From Heptranchias perlo (lineage: Eukaryota): 64,000 nt of DNA. Of the stretch, positions 38,075 to 50,030 are shown piece by piece; the stretch's first letter is position 1; the number at the start of each line of letters is the position of its first letter. The DNA is taken from contig NC_090352.1 in assembly GCF_035084215.1 (NCBI RefSeq), positions 26,350,001 to 26,414,000 on the forward strand. Direction: 5' to 3'. The notes beneath the pieces were generated by a model. It was given only the letters and a program-made list of their open reading frames with translations, was not told where the DNA came from and made no database searches. Position numbers and translations under genes: made by a program.

Positions 38075-38305
38075 GTGATGTGGAGATGCCGGTGATGGAC
38101 TGGGGTTGACAATTGTAAACAATTTTACAACACCAAGTTATAGTCCAGCAATTTTATTTTAAATTCACAAGCTTTCGGAGGCTTCCTCCTTCCTCAGGTG
38201 AACGTTTGTTGGAATGTTTGTTTCACCTGAGGAAGGAGGAAGCCTCCGAAAGCTTGTGAATTTAAAATAAAATTGCTGGACTATAACTTGGTGTTGTAAA
38301 ATTGT
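38075..38305. mobile_element. Palindromic non-coding PLE insertion (84-bp arms, 19-nt loop) with a hammerhead on each strand
   Basis: Arms 38119-38202 and 38222-38305; TSD TAACCAATAAA at 38064-38074 and 38305-38315. Confidence 0.9.
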
Positions 38306-38561
38306 AACCAATAAACAAATTCACAGTGTAAACACACTTTATAGTATTGCATTGGTATGAAAACTCACCCATCCGTTTATGGCGGTTTGCACTGAATTTT
38401 TTTAAGCTGTTTTAGAAGTAGGTCATCTAGCACCTCGAGCTGTTTCCACCATTGTATTAGATTGTGGCTGATCTGTACCGCAACACTATTTGCTCACCTT
38501 TAATCCATATCCCTTGATACCCTTACCAAATCTATCCATCTCAGACTTGAAAATTTCAATT

Positions 38562-39340
38562 CATAGAATTATAGAAAGTTACGGCACAGAAAGAGGCCAT
38601 TCGGCCATCTTGTCCGTGCTGGCTGAAAAAGAGCTATCCAGCTTAATTCCACTTTCCAGCACTTGTACCGTAGCCCTGTAGGTTACAGCATTTCAAGTGC
38701 ACATCCAAGTACTTTTTGAATGAGTTGAGGGTTTCTGCCTCTGCCACCCTTTCAGGCAGTGAGTTCCAGACCCTTACCACTCTCTGAGTGAAGCAATTTC
38801 TCCTCAGCTCACCTCTAATCCTTCTACCAATTACTTTATATCTACGCCCCCTGGCCACTGACCCCTCTGCTAAAGGAAATAGGTCCTTCCTATCCACTCT
38901 ATCTAGGCCCTTCATAATTTTATACACCTCAATTAAATCACCCCTCAGCCACCTCTGTTCCAATGAAAACAACCCCAGCCTATCCAATCTTTCCTCATAG
39001 CTAAAATTCTCCAGCCCTGGCAACATTCTCGTAAATCTCCTCTGTACCCTCTCTAGTGCAATCACATCTTTCCTGTAATGTGGTGACCAGAACTGTACAC
39101 AGTGCTCAAGCTGTAGCCTAATTAGTGTTTTATACAGTTCTACCATAACCTTTATATTCTATGCCTCGGTTAATAAAGGAAAGTATCCCGTATGCCTTTT
39201 TAACCACCTTATCTACCTATCCTGCTACCTTCAGGGATCTGTGGACATGCACTCCAAAGTCCCTCTGTTCCTCTACACCTCTCAGTATCCTTCCATTTAT
39301 TGTGTATTCCCTTGCCTTGTTTGCCCTCCCCAAATGCATT
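38562..39340 (-). mobile_element. CR1 LINE 3' fragment (young), nested in an older CR1
   Basis: 167-aa open ORF2 C-terminus LYKTLIRLQLEHCVQFWSPHYRKDVIALERVQRRFTRMLPGL..SYEERLDRLGLFSLEQRWLRGDLIEVYKIM. Confidence 0.9.
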
Positions 39341-40090
39341 CTGGAATCTGGAACTCTCTCCCCCAGTTGACGCTGCATCCATGGCCTTTTGGGGGAGAGA
39401 GTTCCAGATTTCTACTACCCTTTGTGTGAAAAATTGCTTCCTGATTTCACTTGTGAATGGCCTAGCCATTTTAAGATTGTTTCTGCTTGTACTGGATTCC
39501 TCCACCAGAGAAAATAGTTTCTCTTTATCTACCGTATCGAATCCCTTTATCATTTTAAACACCTCAATTAGATCATCCCTCAATCTTCTAAACTCAGGGG
39601 AATACAAGTCAGGTTTATGCAGCCTGTCCTCATAATTTAACCCTTTTAAGCCCCGGTATCATTCTGGCAAAATTGCCCTATACCCTTCCAAGGCCAACAT
39701 ATCCTCCTGAAGTGCAGTGCCCAAAACTGAACACAATACTCCAGATGAGGTCTGACCAAGGCACTGTATAACCGAAACATCGCTTCCTCACCTTTGTATT
39801 CCAGTCCCCTTGAGATAATGACTAATATTCCATTAGCCTATTTGATTACTTTTTGTATCTGTGCACTAGCTTTTAGTGATTTGTTTACCCGGACACTCAA
39901 ATCCCTTTGATCCTCCACAGCTCCTAGTCTCTCTCCATTAAGAATATATTCAGATTTGTCTTTCTTGAATCCAAAGTGGATGACCGCACACCTCCCAGCA
40001 TTGAACTCCATCTGCCACAGTTTTGCCCACTCACTTAATTTGTCTACGTCCTTTTTGTAGCTTCTTGCTCCCATTTACACAGCCTACTGT
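39341..40090 (-). mobile_element. Older CR1 LINE fragment (its 3' end lies at about 38405-38561)
   Basis: LYSPEFRRLRDDLIEVFKMIKGFD..., LSEWAKLWQMEFNAGRCAVIHFG; frameshifted. Confidence 0.85.
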
Positions 40091-40757
40091 GTTTTTTTTG
40101 TCTTTCAAAACGGCTGCTGAAGTTCTATGGAAATCTTAGTGAACCTCAACAGCCATAAGTTTTATAATTTGACACTGTGGGTCTGCGTCAGTGGGAAGCA
40201 CTGACATCCTGGCGTTGCCCCACCCCATTTAATCAGATCGAATAATAGAGACATTGGAAATGTTAAAAATCAGTAAAAGACTAGAAAACAGCAAAATAAC
40301 ACAAAGGGAAAGTAAAAAGTAAAAGCAGTTACCAAAAAAACAAGAAAATCAGAGGAGAACATTAAGAGATTCAGAAGAAAATGTAGCAACAATTAAAAGG
40401 CACTCCGCTATGCAGATAGAGAGAAATCAAACTGAGAAAAGCAAATAATGGAAAACAGAAAATTAAAAACCAAAGACGCAAAAAGAAAGCAAAGTAATAA
40501 ATAATATGTAACTTACTTTTCTGAATACAACACAGTTTTTCCCTGGATTTTCCACCTTGCATCAATATTTCTTAATAATTCAATTATTCCTTGCTGTGTT
40601 CTCATCCAAAAGTACACATGAATAAATAGTACCAAGAAAATATAGGGAAAGTATAAAGGAAAAGTTTGAATAATCTATAGGATAAGTCTGATCATTCCCA
40701 AAAAGTAATTCTTTTGATGTAGCCTAAAGAATAACAAAGCAATCCCTTTCTTAAATG

Positions 40758-41225
40758 TCAGCCTTGGCTCAGTGGTAGCACTCTCACCTCTGAGTCAGCA
40801 GTTCATGCGTTCGAGAACCATTCTAGAGACTTGAACACGTAATCTAGGATACAGATCTTCAGTGCAGTACTGAGGGAGTGCTACACTGTCAGAAGTGCCA
40901 TCGTTCAGATGAATTGTTAAACCGAGGACCTGTCTGCACTCTCAGGTGGATGTAAAAGTTCCCACAACACTATTCGAAGAAGAGCAGGGGGAGTTTTCCT
41001 GGTGTCCTGGACATTATTTATCCCTCAGCCAACATCGCCAAAAAACAGATGATCTGGTCATTTATCTCATTTCTGTTTGTGGGACCCTGCTGTGTGCAAA
41101 TTGCTTACTTCTTTTCCTACATTATAACAGTGACTACGCTTCAAAAGTACTTCATTGGCTGTAAAGTATTTTGGGACGTCCTGTGATCATAAAAGACGCT
41201 TTATAAATGCAAGTTCTTTCTTTCT
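40758..41225 (+). mobile_element. tRNA-derived Deu-domain SINE (SacSINE1-like), near full length
   Basis: A box tggctcagtgg, B box gttcgaga, Deu-like ggatgtaaaagttcccacaacactattcgaagaagagcagggg, L2-like tail tataaatgcaag. Confidence 0.8.
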
Positions 41226-42787
41226 TCTTGTTGGAATCTTGTTATACAGAACTTTTGAGGACCTTCGGCGAGTATTGAATGCAAATTATAGATGATTTTT
41301 AATACAAAAATACTAAGAAATGAGCTGCACTGTATCAGATGATACGAATAACTTTAATTTCTTTCTGGATGATATTGATTTGTTTTTCCAATTCATTTTC
41401 AGTTTGAAAAATTTACAGTTGAATTCAGATTATTTTCCAAATATTTACATTTCTTATTGGTGTTTTGAATTGTCATTATTCTCTTGTATTAATTTTTTTG
41501 GTTAAACTTTTGTATATATCAAAATGAGGGATGTCAGGAATGGAGAATGGAACAATGTTTCACTTCTGGCGCCAACTGTCAGAATAAAAACCTCCCAGTT
41601 CAGGTATAGCAAGGACCAATTGTAGAGTAAAGCACCATATATTCTTCACCCTCTACTCAAAACACTACTCCCCACTACATTATTATAGATATTCTAATTT
41701 CTCACACCTACTATCTTTGTGGCCTGCCTGAGCAAGACTGTTAATTTAGTGTCAAATTATAGACAATCTTGTACTGTAGATTCACACCATATGGAAATGG
41801 GTTAAGACTGCCCCAAACTAATTTCACATGGACCCTTACCAGTAATGGCTAGATTGATGCACAGGTCCCTAAGGGCAAAAGGATAGTGTGCTTACACAAT
41901 GCACTAGCCAAAACTTTAAATGGTTGTTTTTAATGGTTTTCTGTGGCACAAAGAAATTGCTATAATTTGTCACCAAAAAGCAAGATTGGCTATGCCATGG
42001 AAGAACCTGTCCATTTAAACTCTGAATGGAACATGTTTATTGATTTTCATGGAAAATTTGTAGTTGGCGCTGTACTAAATGCAGTCAAGCTTTGAAAAAC
42101 AATTTAGATCTTGCTATGAATTGGCCAATTGTTTGATAAATCAATTGATAGATATAGGATTTAAAAACATAGAGAAGGAAACTTGGCAATCGGGATTGCA
42201 CTATAGTGAGGGAAGGAAAGTGTGTCCTGGAACATTTTAATGGTGAGGCAAAGCATCTACTATCTTTAAATGTTAGGGGTACTATTGGATGGAATTTCAC
42301 CATTGTTGGACTCAGGTACTGTCTAGAGACAGTATACTGAATATTTACAATGGGAAATTGTAAACCGTACAACTTCTGAGTAGGTTGAAAGTCTTGAGCT
42401 AGAACTTTCCTGGTGAGAAAAGTCTGGCAAAGTGGCTATTTAGGTTTTGAGGGTATTGTTGGTTGTTATATCCTTGGGACAAGTGAGAATTTAACACAGA
42501 ATGAGAAATTTCAATTAGCTTTCCAGAAGTGTGTTCTCTCCATTACAGTTTCAAATAAAGTTATTTTCCTAATTTCTGATTCGCTGAACTGCCTTTTGCA
42601 ACACAATAAAGGGGTATTCCAGTATCAGACCAGGCTTATTATTCAATTTAACTACTATTTTCTACTTTTCAGTGACAAGCTGTTATATTTACTAGCAAAC
42701 ATTTTGTTACTGTTTTGTAATTTAAAGAACCTGTAAACATTATATTCAAAATGTAACTAAATCTGTTGCAAACCCTCTCTTATTTTT

Positions 42788-43870
42788 TTAAAGCCAAACC
42801 TTCTTGCTATTTCCAGGCTTATTTAGACTTCCACGTTTCAACTTGCCACATTCCTTGTCATCAAGATTATTTTTTATGCTTTCTACTGATTCAGATTCAA
42901 ATGAAATTGTTGCCTGACTTGGGAGGTAGCCTGGTCTCTGCTGCAATAATCGTGCCGATGACTTCAATATTAAATTGTCATAAAATGAATCTTTTAGTGC
43001 CAAGAGAAGAGGGTTTTTCTGTGAATACTGATGCACTGCTTCCCTTTGTTTCTTCTTCTTGCAACAGGGTGAGCAAGTAGTACATAACACACGTGCAATG
43101 TAGACCCAGCCCAAATAGTGAAGCTCAACAATGTTCAGCAAGAAGCATGCTAGACTGACACAAAACATAAAGTTCAAAAAGATGGTCTTTTCTGTTGCTC
43201 TGGATACGAAGCAGTCTGTTGTGGTTGGACATGGATAGGTCCAACAGACAAACAAACAAGGAACATTAAATCCATACATATAGTACTGTCCCAGCAAAAA
43301 TGTTATCTCCATAACTGCTCTGAGCATTACATGTATAACATATACAGTTAAAACCTTATTTGATAGATAGATTGGGTCACTGCTTTTATTACTTTTAATA
43401 TGCTCTACTTCATATTCTCCATCTCTTGACTCAAATTCAATTTCCTGTGAGGTGCTCTCATCAGTTCTTTGGCTCAAGATGCCATCTTCTGGGAGATGTC
43501 CACTAGTTATAGGACTGTTTGATAACTCCAGCTCATGTGCTTTTTCCATTTCATATTTTTCATCTTTTGCTATTTTGTGCAGGACATACACTATGTAGAA
43601 AATGGATGGTGTCGAAACCAGAACAATTTGGAAAACCCAGAATCTCAGGTGCGAGATAGGTGCAAAGGTGTTGTAGCAAACATTGTTACACCCTGGCTGG
43701 AGGGTGTTACAGGTGAATTTGGACTGCTCATCACTGTATACTGCATCACCCACTAATGTGACCAGCAGAATACGAAAAATCAGCAACATTGTCAACCAGA
43801 TCTTCCCAATCACTGTGGAATGGTGCTGAACTTCAGTTAGGAGACGGCCAAGTAATGACCAATCACCCAT
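42788..43870 (-). CDS. Gap junction protein (connexin), Cx39.2 / gjd2-like (delta) group, 360 aa, single coding exon
   Basis: MGDWSLLGRLLTEVQHHSTVIGKIWLTMLLIFRILLV; extracellular loop 1 C-x6-C-x3-C (CNTLQPGCNNVC), loop 2 C-x4-C-x5-C (CWTYPCPTTTDC), SRATEKTIF motif, four hydrophobic TM segments. Acceptor (tttctacag|) 7 nt upstream of the ATG. The subgroup call is from recalled similarity to fish cx39.2 and is less certain than the connexin call. Confidence 0.95.
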   Translation of the reverse strand: MGDWSLLGRLLTEVQHHSTVIGKIWLTMLLIFRILLVTLVGDAVYSDEQSKFTCNTLQPGCNNVCYNTFAPISHLRFWVFQIVLVSTPSIFYIVYVLHKIAKDEKYEMEKAHELELSNSPITSGHLPEDGILSQRTDESTSQEIEFESRDGEYEVEHIKSNKSSDPIYLSNKVLTVYVIHVMLRAVMEITFLLGQYYMYGFNVPCLFVCWTYPCPTTTDCFVSRATEKTIFLNFMFCVSLACFLLNIVELHYLGWVYIARVLCTTCSPCCKKKKQREAVHQYSQKNPLLLALKDSFYDNLILKSSARLLQQRPGYLPSQATISFESESVESIKNNLDDKECGKLKRGSLNKPGNSKKVWL

Positions 43871-44883
43871 TTTTTATCTGTAGAAAAGAAAGGAAATTAT
43901 ATTGACATCAGCCAAATGTGGTATAATATTAACTTAACCTAATATTACCCAAGTGGCTTGAGATAACTGTTTTCTTTGACAAGGTTCTCCTTTAAGTTAG
44001 TAACTACGTTAACACAAGAATAATATGCCATGGATATTTGAGTTTCAACTAATATAAATAATTCAAAGTTTTGAGGGGTAAAAAAAATAGAATGTCCCAT
44101 TGTTAGTGGTTTGGTGCCATTGTGGTGGAAATGACTGCAGCACACAGGAGGAATGAAGTTGTGCATTATTTCCAATTGAGTCCATAAATTGTATGATTAA
44201 TGCTTTCAGATGCTTTTAGAGATTGCCATTCACACAAGTAAAATGATAAATAGTGTCAGCACTTTCATTATAAAGCAACCATTTTGCTTCACCATAAATA
44301 TTTTTTTTAATCAAGGTTTACATGTATGTATTTGCATGCCTAGACACAAAGCACAATCCCATGATGCAGTCTTACTTGTACTGCTGCTATGGTAGCTTTC
44401 TAAGGTGGTTTAGTGACGTCCATGAGATGTAGTATCAATCCAGTGATACCAAGCCAGTTTTCATCATATAATTGCAGATTCAAAAATCAACAGATAAAGT
44501 TAGCACAATTACTTTGCATGATTTGTATAGAAAATATAAGACATTAACTTTTCTGGCTGGAGTATTCCAAATTGGATTTTTTTCAATAAGGTGTACCAAT
44601 ATAAATTGATGCTTTCTCATGAACACTATCTCCGTACATTTATTTTTATACATTTCAAAATTTTTATATTATATTTAATTTTTATAACTCCAAATATAAA
44701 TATGTGACTACAACTGCAAAGTATCAATCATTAATACTACCTGACTTTGTTCCAATTTACAATGGGTTCCTATGGTGAGGTACCAAGGAAAATAAACAAT
44801 TGTGCTTTGAAAAATTGTGAACACTAGTTCTACAAATATTCTTCTTATATGGCAGTGCAGAGAATGTATAGGTATATTAATGG

Positions 44884-45048
44884 GAAATAAAAACAGGAAA
44901 TGCTGGAAATACACAGCAAATCCATCAACATCAGAAAAAAAGACAGGTTGACATTTCAGGTATAAAACATTAACCTGTCTTTTCTATTTCCAGATTTTGA
45001 AATACCTGCTGTCTATTTTCAGTATTTCCGGTTTTCATTTCAGATTTC
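44884..45048. mobile_element. Decayed inverted pair of older-PLE 3' ends
   Basis: aaataaaaacaggaaatgctggaaatacacagca...agacaggttga is mirrored by ttaacctgtct...tgctgtctattttcagtatttccggttttcattt. Confidence 0.6.
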
Positions 45049-45419
45049 TATTTTTTTTCTTTTTATTTGGTGTATTTATTTGGATTCTGCAAATAGAAAG
45101 TCCCCACTCCCGGTCAAGCCATCTAGAAGATAGTGCAGAATAGTGGTGAGGTGCAGTAAGTCATCTAGACCTTTGTTAGACATGTTGAAATTGCACGTTC
45201 AAGAGCAGAATTTGGCAGATCCATGCCCGTAGGCTGCTTACCCACAATCAGTTGGGATAGGCTGGTTGGGCGAACGAATAATTAAAATGGGGTGGGGAAA
45301 TCAATATTTAAATGATTAAAACTGATAATACAACCTCAAGAACCTAAGCAGCCCCTTATAAAAATATTAGAACAGACCTAGTGTCATTGATATGACCATA
45401 CCAAAAACTTTTTAAAAAG

Positions 45420-45542
45420 AAAGAACTTGCATTTATATAGTGCCTTTCACAACCTCAGGATGTCCCAAAGTGCTTTACAGCCAATGAAGTACTTTTGAAG
45501 TGTAGTCACTGTTGTAATGTAAGGAAACACGACAGCCAACAG
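45420..45542 (-). mobile_element. Deu-domain SINE 3' fragment
   Basis: cttgcatttatatagtgcctttcacaacctcaggatgtcccaaagtgctttacagccaatgaagtac. Confidence 0.7.
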
Positions 45543-46042
45543 CATTATAAATATGAAACAAAGGTTACAGAAGTAATTAAAGATAAAAACTTTGCTAATA
45601 ATCAAGAATACATTTTGATATATTCGGAAGAATATATTTTTTTGCAACCTAATAAACTTCAAATTAAAAAAAAGCCCAAACAACTGAAATGCATTTCAAA
45701 AATAAATGTTACTCTACTACAATGTATTGGAAATGACATGTACAAAAGCTTGGATAGTTAGTATCAATAGCTTGCAAGTCACAAAGTATTATCATCACAT
45801 GGAGCATGCTAAAAGAAAACTAGTGTAATGTGTACTTTAGCTCACAACAGTAATGCAGTTTTTACTTGAATCGTCTGAACACAGCCAATTCCAAATTTAT
45901 TTGTCAATCAATAAATTTTTTACAGTAGGATTTAACAAGTATGAAAGATTGTATTTTAAACTGTATCTACAAACTCTTTTTCTTACAAGCTACTTCCAAG
46001 TTTTTCATTTTTCTAACTTACAGGTTAACAAAATTTACTCAC

Positions 46043-46150
46043 CTGGATGAGAATTATTTTTGCTCTAACTTCTCCAATATTCTGGAAAGAGGTTAAAAAG
46101 AGCAAAGTGGAATGACAATATATCAGAGCCAGAAACACTGTTGTCCCGAT
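46043..46150 (-). other. Candidate non-coding exon 1 of the connexin gene
   Basis: Consensus donor CCAG|GTGAGT at 46043/46042, about 2.2 kb upstream of the coding-exon acceptor. The 5' boundary is a guess. Confidence 0.4.
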
Positions 46151-47739
46151 GGTACAGTTTGGGCTTTTGATGATTGGACTGGGCTGACATTACATAGGTC
46201 AAACTAAAACTGTCCCTAAAACCGTTATTGTAGTGTAAATGACAAAGAAGTGTTTACAGATAATCCAGGATGAATGGTATAACTGAACACCTTCTCTGTA
46301 AACTATTCACAGCTGAAAACAAAGAATGTGCTGGAAATGAATAAAAGCAACAAACATGCTCTCTGGAGTGTTGCAAAACACGATGTCATTTGCATCCATG
46401 ATTAACATGAAGGCTTTTTTGTCATTTGCTTAATTTTTTTGCCACAGTAATGTATTGAATCATGAAAACATTTGTATAAACAGTATGTACAAACTAATTT
46501 ACATATTTCCAGCACATTACATTTTATTTCAAAACAAAAAATGAGACAGCAGTTTAAAATAAAGAACCCAGAGGGGTTTGTTCTTCACTGCAAAGGATTT
46601 TCTGTCTATATTCAGAGTCAAATGATTGATAATAATGTAAAAAGCATTTGTCTAATGTATTATTCTGCCCAAAATATCGAACATATTTTCTATTGAATAT
46701 TATCCTATTTACTGTGTACTTCTACTGAAAGCCATGTAAGCCATTTACATGTTTGTATTTTCCCAGGGATTTATCTTCTTTACAGGAAACACAAATAGAT
46801 AGATGTAATGAATAAAAATAGAGAATAGGTAAAGAAACAATGTCATAAATGTATTTTTCTTTTTTTAGTTTTGTACCGGAATCTCAACTATTTTATTTTA
46901 ACAATTATCAGAGGTTGCTGCAGAAACGTGTGTATACAATCTGCCAGTCTGAGTTTTCAATTGTTTGACAAAATTGCTGTGATGAAAGGAGGGATTACAT
47001 ATAGTGATGGGAATGTTAGTCAACCCATGCATACAATTGGTCAGTTGATTTAATGAGGGATGCCAGAAAATGCCTGAGAATTAAATTAACCTTTAAAGCT
47101 GTATTCTTCATTTAATCAATTTGATACCTTAAATATACCCTTGGCAATATTTTTATTCTCAAAACTGTTTCTATCTAATAATATGAAATCAGCTTTCCTG
47201 AGGAAAAAGGTTGTTCTGTTGTAAATTGTTAAAATTGACCCTGACCCTGATTTAACATTATATTTTCAAAATTTCATCACCTAGTGGGTGCCTTATCATA
47301 ACTCACTGTTCAAAGATTCAAAATGCAGAATTTATACCCAAAATGGTATTCACAAAACTATGTCACTCTGCTTTTTCCTATACAATCTCCCATTAAATGT
47401 CATAAGTTGAGTAGATAGGTAGCTAGGATTCAGTCACGATATTTTCAGGATCTCCTCACGTGACAACATTCCCTTCACCCCCTCCCCCAGCACTCTCAAT
47501 AAATCCATCTCCTCCATCACATCCTTCGCCACCAATCACAAGGGCACACTAGACCACCTCTCTCATTCCAAACACACTCACCTCTTCCTTTGCTGTCTTC
47601 TCACCAGAAACTAACAGCAATCTCTTCTTACATGATAGCGCTTGTAAAACCAGCAACTCCTCTCAAGGGGGTAACAAGGACTTTTGATGCAGAGGGTCTT
47701 TGTTCAAGTTTTCAGGGAAGGGGAAAGAGCCAGTCACCG

Positions 47740-49242
47740 AAATCGCTTTGCAATTAACTCATCCCTGGCATCCCTGGCTGCAAGACATTGAGGTGGCCCT
47801 CCTTTTTCTGTTCCTTCCTCACCTTCACCCTGGTCTTCCTCATTTGGTGAGGACTGCTGTTGTTGCTGTGCCTCTCTGGATGGCAAGGCTGTGCAGGATG
47901 CAGCACACCACTATGTTGTGCAGCATATTGTAGGGAACTCCCAGACCTGTTGAGGTACATGAACCTTTATCTGAGGAGCCCTATACTGTGCTCAATTATG
48001 ACCCTGGTGTTTCCATGGCTCTGATTATACTTGTGTTGTTCAGGCATGGTGGAGTTACAGAAAGGTGTCATAAGCCATGTATGTAGGCGGTATTCCTCCC
48101 CAGCAGCCATCTTGTCATGTTTCTGGAAGAGTCAAATATTGGGTGGGATAGTTGAGTGTCACAGGATAAAAGCATTGTGATAGCTGCCTGTGATCCACAC
48201 ACAAACTTGCATTTTCCTGTTTTTATGATCAGAGATGAGCTGCACATTGAGTGATAGCCCTTCCTATTTATGAAGGCTATTGCTGGCTGGTCTTCTGGTG
48301 CCCTTATGGCAACATGTGCACAGTCTATCATGCCCTGGACGTGAAGGAATCAGCAACTCTGTAAATCCCTGAGCTCTCTCCTGCTGACTGTTGATGTCAA
48401 TGAAGAAAGCAATGTACTGGTTAGTCGTGGTGAACAGGGCATTGGTGACCCGCTTAATGCAACTGCGCACTTTAGACTCGGATATGCGGGTGATGTCCCC
48501 GGTAGCAGCCTGGAAAGAGCCAGTGGTAAAGAGGTTAAAGGCTGTGATGAATTTGACAGTCACTATGCAAAAACATGGCCTCCTGGTCCAGCAGGCAACA
48601 GGTCTTGTTGCAGAAGGCTGCAGAGGTCTGCAACAGTCTGCCTGAAGAAGCACAGCCTCCTAATACACTGCTCCTCAGATAGATCCAGAAAAGTGACTCG
48701 GCTTATAGAGACTGTGGGCTGGATAATGCCTCTTAAGAGCAGCCAACCTTATCTGCTGTCTTCTAATAGATAAACCTCCTGCTCATGCTGGTTGTTAAGG
48801 CTGCTGCTGTTGCTCCTCTTGTTCCACCTCTTCCTCCATCCATATCAATGTGGCTATAATTACACCTACGATAACCTGTGAGAACTTGATGAGGGTAAGT
48901 AAGGCAAATCATCTCAGAAAGAAGCAACCTGGAAGCTGGAAAATCACCTGGCATTCCAAACAGCACAATAGGACTCAAATCCCTATGATCCAATTACTTG
49001 CAGCTGAGTGCCGCTTTAAATAGCACTTTCAGAGGCCCTGAGTTACCAATCCCACTAGCTTTTACCAGAAGGTTAGGCACTTGACGGGACTTTTGCGATT
49101 TCACATTAAAATCACATTGGGGTCCTAATGACGTCATAGGACTCCAGTTGCATGCTTTCATGAGACCTTGGTTAATTGGTGAGAAAGCAATGGAAGCGGA
49201 ACGATAAGTACTCACCCGGGCGGGGTGGGTTAAAATCATCCC
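47740..49242 (-). mobile_element. Decayed PIF/Harbinger DNA transposon (DDE transposase remnant + one TIR)
   Basis: VTVKFITAFNLFTTGSFQAATGDITRISESKVRSCIKRVTNALF and (G)MIDCAHVAIRAP...FINRKGYHS match the Harbinger/HARBI1 DDE_Tnp_4 motifs (ATGSFQ..GD, GAIDCTHVAI, NRKG.HS); frameshifted; TIR-like GGTTAAAATCATCCC at 49228-49242. Confidence 0.82.
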
Positions 49243-49644
49243 TATACCTCCACGGTGAGTAAGGCCAATTAAAGCATCTAGTAAGTTCTCTCTTTTGCTA
49301 TTTCTGTTCCCTTCTCTGGAATTGCCACTGGTAGCTTAATACTTCCTTGAACCATCTCCAGCTTTTGTGTTGCTGCAGAAAAGTTTTAGTATAACTGCAC
49401 TGTTAGATTGCCTCAGTTAAAGCATATGATAGATCCTTTAAACAGTCAGTATATTATTTTCATTACTTTGACCCTCTCCAACTTATTTAATTTCTTGAGG
49501 AAGTGAATAATCACCAGGAAAGTTTGAAACAAAATTTCATGAAATTTCTCATTTAAGCACATGGTTAACAATAAAGGTATTTTTGTTTTTATTTTTAGAT
49601 TTACATGTAACTATATCACTTTCTAAGTTTAATTGTAAAATATT

Positions 49645-50030
49645 TAATTGGCTCAGTGAGTTTAACCAGTGAGTAGCTGAGCTATAAAGCCCTAGTTTGA
49701 TTCCCAGTCTGTGTTGAATTAGTCCATCACAGTCAGGGCAGCAGTTGAGACATTACAATTGGCCTTAGTGCCCTGGGTTAGAGAGCGGAAAACTGGCCGT
49801 GATTCATGCTCGATTGCTATCTAGTGAATTTTGCTACGTGAGTATATGGAAGTCGGGGAAGGACGGAATCAGGTTTGACAGTGTACCCTCCCACAGTCAA
49901 ATAACCTACCGACAATCAATGTCAAGGGTCAAACATTAATAATGGCTATTTGGGTGAGATACTGGCATGTCCCCAGTACCCAAGAAACTGTATGCTAGTC
50001 AATGCCTTCAAGACAGGAAGGGAAGGCCCA
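49645..50030 (+). mobile_element. Second tRNA-derived SINE family (unnamed); related copies at about 3410-3650, 22350-22620, 34670-35150 and 57775-58070
   Basis: Shared tggctcag(t/c)..ggt, ctgagccat, gttc/ttgattcc..tctgtgctgagtt, tacaattgg, tctagtgac...gctggaaagtg blocks. Confidence 0.6.

Noticed and set aside
40760-40835. tRNA-like A and B boxes
   Set aside because: SINE head; no complete cloverleaf.
48068-48653. Possible domesticated HARBI1 gene
   Set aside because: Multiple frameshifts and stops, no exon structure and a TIR present; a decayed transposon.
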